A stretch of DNA of 64,000 bases from Eledone cirrhosa (Eukaryota): NCBI GenBank assembly GCA_964016885.1, contig OZ024752.1, forward strand, positions 50,220,001-50,284,000, in the 5' to 3' direction. Made by a program: the position numbers and the translations under genes. Position 1 is the stretch's first letter. Every line of letters starts with the position of its first letter. This document shows, one piece after another, positions 44,871 through 60,711 of this stretch. A model generated the notes under the pieces. It made no database searches and was not told where the DNA came from. It worked only from the letters and a program-made list of their open reading frames with translations.

Positions 44871-44961
44871 GAAGTTCTATTTAAATTGTTGGGATACAAC
44901 AAGCAAATATTTTTATAACTGATATAAAGCACTCAACAAATTATTGGAGTAAAAATACCAT

Positions 44962-45197
44962 ATATTAACAAATGGAAACTATATTTATAAAACCATATTT
45001 ATTTCATTATACATATTTCAAGGACACCAAGTTAAATTATGGTGTGCTTTCATCAGATAAAATATAATATAGTGCAGTTTTATAAATAAATATTGACATA
45101 CCCTTAAAGAATGCGGCCATTTCTGTTGGAAGCTCCCTTTAAATATGTATAATGAAATAAATATGGTTTTATAAATATAGTTTCCATTTGTTAATAT
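44962..45197 (-). mobile_element. Penelope-like pLTR unit with hammerhead and inverted terminal copy
   Basis: About 57-bp inverted repeat (44962-45018 vs 45141-45197). The inverted copy starts at the hammerhead GAAA/stem III. Adjacent to (TA)n. Confidence 0.6.
45001..45063 (-). ncRNA. Type I hammerhead ribozyme motif, same family as 38674-38731
   Basis: Minus strand reads attttat CTGATGA aag-c-acacca-taatttaact-tggtgt-c-ctt GAAA tatgta TA atgaaat. Shares flank aaatggaaactatatttataaaaccatatttatt with the 38.6-kb copy. Confidence 0.8.
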
Positions 45198-45237
45198 ATC
45201 GTATATATATATATATATGCATATATATATATATCTA

Positions 45238-45322
<85 letters not shown>

Positions 45323-45863
45323 GTGCACAATGTCTGTTTGTGATACAAAGAATGTTATATTTTGGCATACAACCCAAAGGAATTCTTTGATATTTTTGTT
45401 ACCAACATATTTATTAAAATATCACACTTCAAAAGACATACTATATTTGTTTGATTAAAATGAAAATTATGAATTTAAAAAAAGCAACATAAAGACATTT
45501 TTTTTTAATTAATGACACACATAGGACTAGTATAATTGTCTTCTTAGAATACTTTTACAAGCATTATCTTTCTATTTTGTGCTGTTTAAATAAATATAAC
45601 AGTAACAATGGAATGCAGGGACTTCAGTCAAGGTAGGTATTCATCAAAGTTAACCTTTAAGTTTGTTCTTTTTTTAACTTTAACCCTTTTGTTACTAAAT
45701 TACTTATGAAAGGTGACTTGTGTATTTAAACCATATGGAGATTTCTTGAGTTTGGAATAACACTGAGTAAGTCATGGTTGTAATGTTGGCAGCTCCAGGA
45801 ACACTGTTGTTGTCTCACCACTACCATGACTGTTAACATTATTCTCCAAACTCAAGAAAATGT

Positions 45864-46074
45864 TTAACCCTTTAGCATCTACATTACTCTATATATACTA
45901 TTGTATTTTTATTTTTATTATCTCACATAATATTGAATCTATGAGATTTTGATATTCTTTATTTTGCAAATAATACCTTAACATCCGTATGAGTGGCCAG
46001 TTATGGCTGGTTTGAACAGGAAGGGGTGAAAGAATTCTGATCTGATATGGCCAGTTTAAATGCTTAAGAGTTAA
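45864..46074. mobile_element. piggyBac-type MITE
   Basis: TTAA-ccctttagcat ... atgcttaagag-TTAA. Confidence 0.7.
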
Positions 46075-46132
46075 ATATAAGTTTGAAAACAGAGGCAATG
46101 GAGAGGGGTTCCAGCTAGATCTTGTCAACAAA

Positions 46133-46816
46133 ATGGATACACTGAAGTTCCAACGTCTGGCAACTGACTTGGTAATCACCTGCAAAATTATTAACCATCT
46201 TGCCAACAACAACCCTGAGTACCTTTTTGATTTCCATGTGTCTAACACACGTGGGCATGCCTACAAAGTCAGAAAACAGCACGGCTCCCATGACTTTCAG
46301 AAACATTTTTTCATGCTCAGAGTTGCTGAAGCATGGAACAAACTACCTGTATCAGTTGTTAGCTGTCGAGACATTGCATCCTTTAAAACCTCCATGGAAC
46401 AAACTACCTGTATCAGTTGTTAGCTGTCGAGACATTGCATCCTTTAAAACCTCCATGGAACAAACTACCTGCATCAGTTGTTAGCTGTCGAGACATTGCA
46501 TCCTTTAAAACCTCCATGGAACAAACTACCTGCATCAGTCGTTAGCTGTCGAGACATTGCATCCTTTAAAACCTCCATGGAACAAACTACCTGCATCAGT
46601 TGTTAGCTTTCGAGACACTGCATCCTTTAAAACCTCCATGCTTCCTGAGATTCGCCAACATTACATCTGATATCCCCCCTCCATACACACGCACACATGT
46701 ATATCATGAGTCATACACTGTTCACTTTCCTGATATTTGTATATTATTCTATCTACTATACATGCACCTTTGATGAGTTGTAGTGCCCCTGAGCACTGTA
46801 CACAATAATTTTATTA
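46133..46816 (+). mobile_element. 5'-truncated CR1-clade LINE 3' end with internal 61-bp x5 expansion
   Basis: ORF 46133-46423 (TRGHAYKVRKQ...KHFFMLRVAEAWNKLP). Same 3' UTR as 21850-22655. Confidence 0.85.
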
Positions 46817-46878
46817 CTGGGTAATTGCTGGCCTTGTGCCTAAAGTAGAAACAATTATTATTATTATTATTATTATTG

Positions 46879-47074
46879 TTCTTTGAGTTTCAGTCATTGA
46901 TGTTAGTTAACTGGAAAGTTTGTTGAAATGAATATCAAGCCACTACCAGCAGCCTCAGATATTCAGGACGTATCGGAGGGTTCTTGCTGTTCCCAGCAAG
47001 CATGCCTTTTGAAGCGTTCCAAAAAGCGTGAAGGGGCCAATTTTCTTTAACCATCCCTGGAAACTTTTTGAGAT

Positions 47075-47077
<3 letters not shown>
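46879..47077 (-). mobile_element. R4/Dong-like LINE 3' end inserted in (TAA)n
   Basis: Minus strand reads GTLQKACLLGTARTLRYVLNI*. (TTA)n tracts on both sides. Confidence 0.7.
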
Positions 47078-47141
<64 letters not shown>

Positions 47142-47963
47142 TAAAATCTCCAAATGGTTTAAATGCACAACAAGTCTCCAATACTGAAATGGCCAAAACA
47201 ATGTCAGCAGAAGGGCACCTAAGAGTTATGGCCTGGAAGAAGCCTGAACCCCATAGAGTGTAAAAGATTAAGAGCCAAAACACTCACATGAGGGACCTTC
47301 TTCTCTGTAGACATCCTGCTGTTAAGCTCCTCCAGAGAGAGTGTTTCTTACCACTATAATGCCTCTTGACACATACATATACACACTAAGATGTGTGTGT
47401 GTGTGTATTTATATATATACTTATATATATATATATATATGTACAAGGGATAACAAAATATCGTTATAGGTAATCCAGTTAAAGGTTATGAATAATTTGT
47501 ATTGTGGATAGTTTTAGCGTACGGCGTTGGTTGACTCAACAAGAGGTTCACGTAAATAACGAGTTTATGATTTCTCTTGTATTCCTATGTAAGTTAATCG
47601 GGGAGTAATAAAATTGGAAAAGTGGAGAATAACATGGGCAACAGTACAAAAAAGGGATTTATTTACAGTAAGACTGTAAATAAATCCCTTTTTTGTACTG
47701 TTGACCATGTTATTCTTCACTTTTTCAATTATATATATATATATATATATATATACATACATATCTGTGTGTTTATGTGTGTATGTATATATGTATATAT
47801 ATATATATATATATATACATATACATACATATCTGTGTGTTTATGTGTGTATGTATATATGTATATATATATATACATACATATCTGTGTGTTTATGTGT
47901 GTATGTATATATGTATATATATATATATATACATACATATCTGCGTGTTTATGTGTGTATGTA

Positions 47964-48029
<66 letters not shown>

Positions 48030-48057
48030 CATATCTGTGGGTTTATGTGTGTATGTA

Positions 48058-48099
<42 letters not shown>

Positions 48100-48127
48100 C
48101 ATATCTGTGTGTTTATGTGTGTATGTA

Positions 48128-48180
<53 letters not shown>

Positions 48181-48444
48181 AAAAATTGAACGGGAACAAA
48201 ACAGAGAGGCAGTACGAACAAAGGTTTATTAGTTTCACGCTCTTGAGAGTGGGGTGGTGGTGGTGGGGAACGACGTTTCGGGCATAATATATATATATAT
48301 ATATATGCATATGCATACACACACACACATATATATATATATATATTTAGAGAGAGAAAGAGAGAGAGCGAGAGAGACTCGCATAGACCATTTATTTATT
48401 ATAAATAGATAAACACAGATATACGCATTCATACTTGTGTGCAT

Positions 48445-48940
48445 GTGTGTCTGTGTGTGTCTGTGTGTGTCTGTGTGTGTCTGTGTGTGTCTGTGTGTGT
48501 CTGTGTGTGTCTGTGTGTGTCTGTGTGTGTCTGGTGTGTCTGTGTGTGTCTGTGTGTGTCTGTGTGTGTCTGTGTGTGTCTGTGTGTGTCTGTGTGTGTC
48601 TGTGTGTGTCTGTGTGTGTCTGTGTGTGTCTGTGTGTGTCTGTGTGTGTCTGTGTGTGTCTGTGTGTGTCTGTGTGTGTCTGTGTGTGTCTGTGTGTGTC
48701 TGTGTGTGTCTGTGTGTGTCTGTGTGTGTCTGTGTGTGTCTGTGTGTGTCTGTGTGTGTCTGGTGTGTCTGTGTGTGTCTGTGTGTGTCTGTGTGTGTCT
48801 GTGTGTGTCTGTGTGTGTCTGTGTGTGTCTGTGTGTGTCTGTGTGTGTCTGTGTGTGTCTGTGTGTGTCTGTGTGTGTCTGTGTGTGTCTGTGTGTGTCT
48901 GTGTGTGTCTGTGTGTGTCTGTGTGTGTCTGGTGTGTGTG
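48445..48940. repeat. (GTGTGTGTCT)n decamer repeat
   Basis: About 49 nearly perfect copies. Confidence 0.95.
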
Positions 48941-49090
48941 TCAGTGTGTATGTTTGCACACTAACATACCTCTGTTTGTATATATTACACGAACAACCAA
49001 ACCTTCCCAGTAAATAAAGGAAACTGTAAAAATTATGTATTTTAAACCTGACACAAACAAACACAGACAGAAATGTGGACAGGAGGAAAA

Positions 49091-49183
<93 letters not shown>

Positions 49184-49184
49184 A

Positions 49185-49258
<74 letters not shown>

Positions 49259-49345
49259 TTGATATATATTATATATATATATATTTTTTTTTGTATATAT
49301 ATATATATTTATTTATATATATATAATATATATTTAATATAGATG

Positions 49346-49396
49346 AGATTCTACAGGACTAGAACTGTTTCATTCATTAGAAATCATCAGGAATCT
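49346..49396 (-). ncRNA. Type I hammerhead motif in the left arm of a palindrome
   Basis: Minus strand reads agattc CTGATGA t-ttc-taat-gaa-t GAAA cag-ttctagtc-ctg TA gaatct. The mirror copy on + (49397-49445) has TTGATGA. Confidence 0.7.
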
Positions 49397-49879
49397 GATT
49401 CTTGATGATTTCTAATGAATGAAACAGTTCTAGTCCTGTAGAATCTCATCTATATTAAAACTGTTATACTCTGCTATGTATTGAGTACCTTACTTACTGT
49501 GGTTACCTCCGATTCAACCCGGAATAACGTACATAATATATATTTATATATATATACTATATATTTATATATATATTTATATATATATATTTTTTTTTTT
49601 TGTATATATATATATATATATATATTTATTTATATATATATACTATATATTTATATATATATTTATATATATATATTTTTTTTTGTATATATATATATAT
49701 TATATTTATTTATATATATATAATATATATTTATATATATATACTATATATTTATATATATATATATATATTTTTTGTATATATATATATATATATTTAA
49801 TTATATATATATAATATATATTTATATATATATTTACTATATATTTATATATATATTTATATATATATATACATTTATA

Positions 49880-49913
<34 letters not shown>

Positions 49914-50170
49914 TTAAACCAAAATGTGTCCAAATTATATTTATTTATTTATTTATTTATTTATGTGTAAACACAATGTCAACTTTCTGAGTTAAGAAAT
50001 AGGACACAGTTTAATTTTTCATTAGTTATTTCACTAAGAAACGTTCAACATTTAGGGTGGGTGGCGTTGAAGGGGGTGGGGTGGGGTGGGGTAATTCTTT
50101 TTTTATTATTACTTTGTGGTGCAAATTTATTAAATTTTCAAAAAGATCAAATAATGAAAAAAAAAAAAAA

Positions 50171-50209
<39 letters not shown>

Positions 50210-50712
50210 GATAATAATAATATTTAAATTTGATGTATTATGAAATCAATGTAACCAGATGACAATAACACAGTGAAGTGCCTAACTTGTCATAAATCTT
50301 ATGTCAAAAAAAGTGGATTTAAATAAATAAAACTGTGTTGAATTCTGAAGTCAGTGTGTGTATATATATGTGTGTGTGTGTGTGTGTGAATGTGGTGCGA
50401 ATGTTGTGTGTGTGTGAGCGCTGTGTGTGTGATGTTGTGTGTGTGTGTGTGTATGAATGTTGGGTGTCATTTTTAGTATATATAGTAGTATACATACACA
50501 CTACTGAAACAGGGATAATACTGAAGATGAACATCATAAAACACATACACACACACACATACACACACACAGACAGACACACACACACACACAGATAGAT
50601 ACACACACACACAGATAGATACTCACACGCACACACACAGAGATAGAGAGAGGTAGGTATGTTGATAGATAGATAGATAGACTGACAAACAACCAGACAG
50701 ACAGACACGGGT

Positions 50713-50753
<41 letters not shown>

Positions 50754-50855
50754 GAGAGAGAGAGACAGGGAGAGAGAGAGACAGACAGGGAGAGAGAGAG
50801 AGAGACAGGGAGAGAGAGAGACAGACAGAGAGAGAGAGAGACAGACAGACACAGG

Positions 50856-50890
<35 letters not shown>

Positions 50891-51117
50891 GTAGTAGTGT
50901 TAACTCTTTTGACCAAATTGTCTCAAGTTTGGTGATAGAAAACTGATTATTGTAAAAGTGTTTTTTATTTAAATTAAAACCTTCCAACATAATTTGATAC
51001 AAAAACGTTTTGTTAAGTTATACAACAAATATCACCTTAATAATGATACAATTAATAATTTTAATAAATTCTTCATTAATTAATTGAAATATAGTGTAGT
51101 TAGATATGCATTGACAA

Positions 51118-51425
51118 AAGGCAAAGCTAACTTCAGCACGAATTGAACTCAGACCATAAAGGGCCGTAACTCTTTGCTAGAAAACATGGCGTCCGACCCT
51201 CTAACGATACTGCCAATCCACCGCATCTGAGTAATAATTGTTTCTACTTTTTGGCACAAGGCCAGCAATTACCCAATACATTACTGGTACTTTATTTTAT
51301 CAACCCCATAAAAATGAAAGGCAAAGTTAACCTTGACGGGATTTGAACTCAGACCATAAAGGGATGTAACTATGCTAGAAAGCATGGTGTTCAACCCTCT
51401 ACCGATACTGCCAATTCCCTGCCCT
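51118..51425 (-). mobile_element. Partial plus full Meta-like SINE copies
   Basis: Same family as 31297-31482. Confidence 0.7.
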
Positions 51426-53810
51426 CAGTAATAATACATCTGAGTAATAATACTAACATGTTTGGGGAAACAACATAGTAGTTTCAATACCTCAATACCT
51501 TGTTTTTTTACTGCAGAACTTGTCAGGCATTTTTTTATTTTTATTTTTTTTTATTTTTAGTTTTTATGACAAAAGTATCAAAATATCAAGGAATTGTCCA
51601 GAAGAAAGTGGGTGGTAAAAGCAAAATTAGTTGCAAGAAGATAAAGGAGAATTTTATTTTATTTTTTATATTTTACTGTGGCTAATATTTTACTTTTAAT
51701 TCCTCCCACCAACCATAATTTTTATTTTATTTTATTTTATTTTATTTTATTTTATTTTATTTTATTTTATTTTATTTTATTTTTTTTTGTCATATTTTTT
51801 ATATTGTTTGTTTTAGATTGGATTAAGTCTTAGCATGATTAATAATATCATTATTACAGCTTTGAATTCTTTATTGTTTATCTTAAACTGAGTTTATGCA
51901 CATTAATTAACATCTGAAAGAGCCAAAATGAATACTTTGGTGATAATTTTAAAATCTATTTTCAGTTGTAGTTGTTTCTTACAAGACTCTTCATTATTTG
52001 AACTTTTGCTACCACACTCAATCATGTCCTTTGCATTAGCAAAAGAAATCAATATGAATCCAAATTTAATGACATAGTTGTGCCTGGATTTTTCAATAAT
52101 TAATTTCCATCCTTTTCATTTCTTAATATTCTCTGTTTTTCTGTTACATTGTGTACAGCTTAAATTACCCCCACCAGTAAAAGAAACACATTTAGAAGAG
52201 TAAAAATATGAAAAATATTAATAAGAAGAAGAACAATAATGATAATAAATGAACAACAGCAACAATTAGTCTGTAATAATATAGCAAGTACTATTGTTTG
52301 ATTCCTATAACAGAGGCCCAACATTCAGGGGAAAAATGACAAGATTTTTTTTTTTTTATGTAAATCATACAGAGATAGTGTTGGATGAAAAAAATGATAC
52401 ACATATATATATATACAAATACACATATATATATACACAAATACACATATATATACAAATACACATATACATACACACACTCACAGGTTATGAATTGGCA
52501 GTCATTAGACACATACATACATGCACTCACATACATACACACACATACATACACATACATACATATATACATACATGCACACACATAGCTACACACGCAC
52601 ATTCACAGGTGATGAATTAGCAGACATTAGACACATATACACACAATCACACATACACACACACACATACACACACACACATACACATACACACACATGC
52701 ACATACGCATACACACACTCATACACACACACACACATACACACACACAGGTGATGAATTGGCAGATTCATTAGACACACACACATACACACACACACAC
52801 AGGTGAATTGTATAGAATACATTTCAGTCTAATTCTCAATCTTTACACGCTGAGTTCAAATCCCAGCCGAGGTCAACTTTACATTTCATCCTGTCGAGGT
52901 CAAGAAATAAAGTCCCAGTCCAGTATTGAGGTTGGGTCTTCATTTGTTCCCCTTTTTTCACTTTCCATCTATTTCTCTAACTCTCTCTTTCTCTGGAAGA
53001 GATCGCCTGGGTTCAGGCCTGAAGAGGGGTGGGCTTCACTAGGTTTAAATGTCCGAAGACACACTGGACGTCATGACAGCATCCCTGAGAATACTATAAC
53101 ATAACAGTAAAGCCCAACATACTATAGGATAGAGAGATAGAGAGATCGGTAGGTAGTGAGGGAGAGAGAGATAGAGAGATAAAGAGGGATAGAAATGTTT
53201 CTTTATTAGCCACAAGGGCACAAAAGAAGGGGACAAATACAAATAGGGAGTTTATATACAGGTATATGAAAATAAAACTATTAATAAAATAACAAATAAC
53301 AATTGTAATCCCCAATAGGGTAGGAGGCGTTACACAGGGGTTGTACACACCCCGAAAAAATGTACAAGCCTCATCTCCAGGAGCACCAAGAGTGAGTACT
53401 CCCTTCCTCTCTTCCTCCTCAACCTACAGGCTTATATAGAGAGAAGGCCCAAACACTCAGGCCATCTTTGCCACATTCACCCACCTTTTATAAAATTTGC
53501 TGGGGTACAGCACCTCTCTCTCCATCCTGATTCTTCTTCCAAAATGATATTTGAACATAGATAAATTTCTTTATTAGCCACAAGGGCACAAAAGAAGGGG
53601 ACAAATACAAATGGGGAGTTTACATACAGGTATATGAAATAGATAGATAGATAGACAGACATATAGATAGATACATAGACAGACATATAGATAGATACAA
53701 AGACAGACATGTAGATAGATACATAGATAGATAGACAGGTAGAGAGATAAAGAGAGAGAGGGTAGATAGCTAGATAGATATGTAAGTAGATAGCTAGATA
53801 GATATGTAAG

Positions 53811-53873
<63 letters not shown>

Positions 53874-53984
53874 GTAGGTAGGTAAATAATTATATATATA
53901 TATATATACAACTGCTGCATTTTGTCTTTTGCTCAATAAAATAAAAATAATATATATTTACATCTTCAGACAGAGAAAAAAGAT

Positions 53985-54101
<117 letters not shown>

Positions 54102-54473
54102 ATATATATACATACATATATATTCACTTAGACAGAACAAATATAAACAAACACACACACAACAGAGTATAGAATTAGAAAGTGAAATCAAAAGCCCAAT
54201 TTAATGTTGTATGTCTGTAACGTAAAAAAAAGTTTACAGAATAAAGTGTTTTCATAACAAGAAAACATTTGCCTTTCATGTTTACATATTAAATATTTGC
54301 TATGAAAAGCTTCAACAATATTTATATACATAATTTCAAATCTACACACACACTCACATACATATGTACATATATATATAGGTGTGTGTATATGTATATA
54401 TGTATGTATGTATACATGTAACATATAAACAATATATATGTATATAACATATAAACTATATATATATATATAC

Positions 54474-54553
<80 letters not shown>

Positions 54554-55181
54554 ACTCTCTCTCGATATATATACATATATATATATATATGTATATATTC
54601 ATAGTTTTGCAAAAGAATCTAAAATATACATACATATATAAATATTTGTATTTGTAAATATATGTGTATATATTTATAAGCCTTTGTGTATGTATCTATA
54701 TATATATATATTTAGCAAACATAAGAAAAATATTTATTTATATGATATATATATATAAGTGTACACACAAACGAGTACATGCCTACCGACTCTTTTAAAA
54801 TGTCTATTTGTTGTTTTTTCTTCCAGTTTCTCGTGTAATTTCTTTTCAAACTTTCTACACTTACATATATATTTATTTTATTAAATATTGTCCCCATTCA
54901 CCACCACCTACCATCATTTAAATAAACTAAAGTAGAGAGAGATTTGTTTCAGGAAATGAGGTGGTTATTTTCTTGTCTGATAGATGGATTAGTCTCCTTC
55001 CCTCCCTTCACCCCATCCATCCTCCACCCCGCTCCATTAAATATTCTCAAGCTGTGATTATGTAATCAGAAATTATCTTTATATATGAAATAGTTCAGCA
55101 TCTTTCTAGCCACCCTCTCCCTAAATGATATTTTTTCTGTCTATTTTTTAATGATTTTTTTATTATTTCATATATGTATGT

Positions 55182-55212
<31 letters not shown>

Positions 55213-55218
55213 TATATA

Positions 55219-55342
<124 letters not shown>

Positions 55343-55384
55343 CATATATATATACACATATATATACATATATATACATACATA

Positions 55385-55436
<52 letters not shown>

Positions 55437-55493
55437 TATACATATATATACATACATATATATATACACATATATATACATATATATACATAA

Positions 55494-55581
<88 letters not shown>

Positions 55582-55584
55582 GTG

Positions 55585-55640
<56 letters not shown>

Positions 55641-55691
55641 CATATATATATACACATATATATACATATATATACATAAATATATATATAC

Positions 55692-55794
<103 letters not shown>

Positions 55795-55795
55795 C

Positions 55796-55831
<36 letters not shown>

Positions 55832-56181
55832 GTATATATTATTTTGTGTTATATTTCTTTAGTAATATAACCACTAGAGTGCAATCTTTATTTGAATCTA
55901 TCTCCTTTTTTATTAACTCTCTCCCTCTCCAGTCTCTCCTCCTCTCTCTATATGCCCTTTTCTCTTTCTCCCCCTCTCTATATATATCCATTTATCTCTC
56001 TCCCACTCCCTCGTGATTATACAATCATTCCTGAAAGATTACCATCTTTTTTTTTCTATTTGATTTGATTTTCTTTATTTCTTTCATGTGCTACTTCAAT
56101 GTCTATTTTCTCCTTCTTGCTCCTATATATATGTATATATATATATAAATATATAAATATATGTATATATATATAAATAAT

Positions 56182-56260
<79 letters not shown>

Positions 56261-56422
56261 TATAAATATATAAATATATAAATATATAAATATATATATA
56301 AATATATGTATATATAAATATATATATAAATATATGTATATATAAATATATGTATATATATATATATAAATATATAAATATATAAATATATATATAAATA
56401 TATGTATATATAAATATGCGTA

Positions 56423-56516
<94 letters not shown>

Positions 56517-56531
56517 ATATATTTATATACA

Positions 56532-56601
<70 letters not shown>

Positions 56602-57156
56602 CATACATATAATCTAAATTATTGGATAGATAGATAAAGAAATAAATAGATAGATAAATAAATAGATAAATAGATAAAGGCCAAAGATTCTTACATATAT
56701 TTCTTCTGAGATCTAAACTAAATTATATATTTCTTTGAGCAGCTTTGTAAATAAACGATGTTGCAAGTTGAATGTGAAATAATGGTAGGGAAGAGCGTCA
56801 GAGAAAGGAGCAAATGAAGAGAGAGTAAAAGATAACTATGTTATCTCTGGAGATAAAGAATTAAGAATAAAAAAGGGGAAATTCAATGATACCGTTGTGT
56901 AAATTTTCTAATATATAATTGAAAGTATTATACATACAGCCTCTGACATGTGCAAACATATATATATATATATAGGGTGAGTGTGTTTCTTATTGGCAAC
57001 ATGACCCTCCCAAAGCATAACAATATATATATATATATATATATAACATATATGTATGTATGTGTACATACTTATATTTAAGTAACAGCCGTACTAAGAG
57101 TGGGAAATGAAATTTTGTTTCATTTTTTCCATTTATATATATATATATTGGTAAGG

Positions 57157-57198
<42 letters not shown>

Positions 57199-57455
57199 TC
57201 AGATGTGCAAAGAAAGAACATTGTTAGACTATATATATGTGTTTGTGTCTATATTGTATCTGTATTTTTGACCGTTGGTCAGTCAATGGTAACATTGAGG
57301 ACCGAATAAATTAAATTAACTGATATAAAAAACACAGAAGCGAAAACCAACCAAACAGTGTGTTCTGTTATTAATTCTGGCAATATTATTACACAAATAT
57401 GACCTCCCCAAGTATAACAATATATATATATATATAAATATATATATATATAAAT

Positions 57456-57492
<37 letters not shown>

Positions 57493-57679
57493 GGTAAGGT
57501 ATGTATCATCATCATCATCATGATGATGATATTGGTATGGTATGTATGTATATATATATATATATTTATATATATAATCAAACATTTTTAAAATGAAGTA
57601 TATATCTGTAGAAAATCAAATAATACACACATACGCGCACATAAACACACACACACAAATATATATACATATGGCTGTA

Positions 57680-58019
57680 GGAGGCACATGGCTTAGTGGT
57701 TAGAGCATTGGCCTTGCAATCGAAAGGTTGTGATTTCAATTCTCAGACCGGGTGATGTGTTGTTTCCTTGAGCAAGACACTTTATTTCACATTGCTCCAG
57801 TTTACTCAGCTGTAGAAATGAGATGATAGGGACTGGGGTCCCTATCATTCCACTGCAAAGTGGTCGTGGAGGTGCCACGGCAGAAAAGCACCCAGCACTC
57901 ACTGTAAATGAGGTTGGTGTTAGGAAGGGCATCCAGCTGTAGAAATCAAGCCAGAATCAGTTCCTGTTTTTCCCTTGCAAGCAAGGAAAAGCGTCTGTAA
58001 AATGATGATGATGATGATG
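57680..58019 (+). mobile_element. tRNA-derived CORE-type SINE with (GAT)n tail
   Basis: A box tggcttagtgg, B-box-like tttcaattc, CORE-like ccttgagcaagacacttt...cagtttactcagctgtagaaatg, then the aaagcacccag...gttggtgttaggaagggcatccagc body. Confidence 0.75.
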
Positions 58020-58510
58020 AAATATATAAGCATATATATATATATACTTATATTCATAAACATACATTTTAAAGAAATATATAATATATATCTGTAGAAA
58101 ATGAAACAACACACACACACACATACACACACAATACACACACATAAGTACACATTTACATGTACATCATAATCATGACTTAACGTCCTGCTTTCCATGT
58201 CGGCATGGGTTGGATGGTTCATTACAGACCACGTCAGTATTTAATTGGTGCTACTGTCCTCTCAGACTAGGACAATGCTCCACTTACATATGGCTCTAGT
58301 TTTGGCAGGATTTACACAGCTGGATGCCTTTTCAAGGCAGCGAATTGCCAGAGTCATAACACATCAGATAGAATGCTTTACGGTATTCGTCTCACCGCAT
58401 TGCAGACTCTGTGTTCAAATCCCACCGAGGCCAACTTTGCCTTTTATCCTTTCGAAGTCGATAAAAAAAAAAGTACCAGTCCAGTACTGGGGTCGATTCT
58501 TCCTCTATAG

Positions 58511-58706
58511 CAAACCCGTAGCCAGGTTTTCTGCCAGGTAATGCCAGTCGAATATATGTTAAAACATGGGGATGCCAAAACAAAATAAAGAAATATTTTT
58601 TAGTAAAATATATATATTATTCTTGTTTGATGGGGATGCCGAAACTAAATTTGCTTTTGTTAGGGGATGCCGGGCATCCCCTGGCATCCCCTTCGCTACG
58701 AGCCTG
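58511..58706. mobile_element. hAT-type MITE
   Basis: Imperfect termini caaacccgtagc / gctacgagcctg. 8-bp TSD ctctatag at 58503-58510 and 58707-58714. Confidence 0.7.
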
Positions 58707-59692
58707 CTCTATAGAAAAAATTGGCTGTGTTTAGACCTGGAGAGGGTTGGGCTCCGCCAAGTTTAAAAGTGCCCTAGACATGCCGTATGACGGTGCTTCT
58801 AGAACTCCACAAGAAGTTATGGGATATTTATCCTTATCCTATGCCTTTTCTATAACCAAGCTCTTTCATTGGCTTGAGTGGAATCCAGTCTACTCTACAT
58901 GAAGTAGAAAGGATGATAACTATGATACCATCGGTAAATGACAATAAATCAAGAGAGGACAACAGTATAAACACAACAGACGATGAAGAACAATGAAGAT
59001 ATATATTAGTTTGATGCTTAATATAGTAGGAAAAGTCTCAGAAACGTTTCAGATGTTAGTCCTTCATCAGAAAATAAAATAAGAAATTAACCTTTAGCAT
59101 GCTAGTAAATTTTATGAGTTGTTTCTCTTCACACTTTATTAAAGGGAGATTACTCTATGGTGTTAAAGGTTAAAGAAGAAATAGAAAGGTAGAGGAGAAT
59201 GAACAGTGGCAGAAACGAAAAAAGAAAACATTTCTTTGAGAAAAAGCAAGTCTTTCTCTTTCACCATGTGAATACATCTACAGTATTAGTAGATGTACTT
59301 TTAGTCATCTTATAAAGTAGTTAATGTTCAAATGATTAAGAATGAGGCTTGAGGCTATTCATGTGTTGATGAATACGAGTGTAGTGTGTATGTGTGTATA
59401 TATAAATATATATGTGTATATGTATCTGAATGTATATGTATATGTGTGTGTGTATGTGTGCATGTATATATATATATATCATCATCATCATCATCATCGT
59501 TTAACGTCTATCTTCCACTCTAGCATGGGTTAGATGTATGTATGTATTTGTATCTGAATATATATATATATGTATATATATATGTGTGTGTGTGTGTGAG
59601 TGTGCATGTATATATATATATACATATATATGTATGTATATATGTAAATGTGTATGTAAATGTGTATGTATCTGAATATATATATGTATATA

Positions 59693-59795
<103 letters not shown>

Positions 59796-59808
59796 ATGTA
59801 CATGTATC

Positions 59809-59867
<59 letters not shown>

Positions 59868-60679
59868 TTGAGGGGGAGGGTGATAGTGAGAGAGAGAGGG
59901 ATTGTGGGAGTATTTTGTATGATTTGTCCCTTTTTTTTTGTAACAAACTAATCCAGAAGCAGAAAACAAGTTTGGGTTACCATCTCTGAACAACTCATCA
60001 AATCCCTGATTTAACCAACTTCCCTTCCTTCCCTCCATCCCTCCCTCTCTACATATCCCTAGAAAAAAAATGTAAAGAAAACAAAACATTAGACAGGTTT
60101 TATCACTTATTCCATTTCTAAAGCAAATCTTTTTTCTTTTTTTTTTCTTTTAATTTAACAACCCCCACCACCACCATCACCACACCCGACCCCACCGCCG
60201 CCAGAAAAATTCAAGGGATAAATAAATAAATAATTGAAAAGAATGTTATTTAAAACTGAAGATGGATAGAGAGTATGAAAACGAAATTTAAAAAAAATCT
60301 AAAATTTTAAAACTAAAATGACCAAATGAAGGACTGTAAATCTTTAAAATGAAGTTTTAAGTCCTTTCCTTTGAAAAAAAAAGGAAATTATAAATTTTCA
60401 TTTGAAAAATCAAATAAAAGTGGTGATAATAATAATAATGATGATAGTGATGATGGTGGTGGTGATGGTGGTGATGATTGTGATGATTGTGATGATTGTG
60501 GTGATGATGATGATGATAAAGCTGATGATGATGATGATGATGATGATAAAGCTGATGATGATGATGGAGGTGGTGATGGTGGTGGTGATTGTGATGATAA
60601 TGATGATGATGATAGTGATTGTGATGATGATGATCGATCATCATCATCATCATCATCATTATAATGATAATGATGATGA

Positions 60680-60711
<32 letters not shown>

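Noticed and set aside
57680-57755. tRNA gene
   Set aside because: Degenerate tRNA-like SINE head continuing into a CORE domain, with several dispersed copies.
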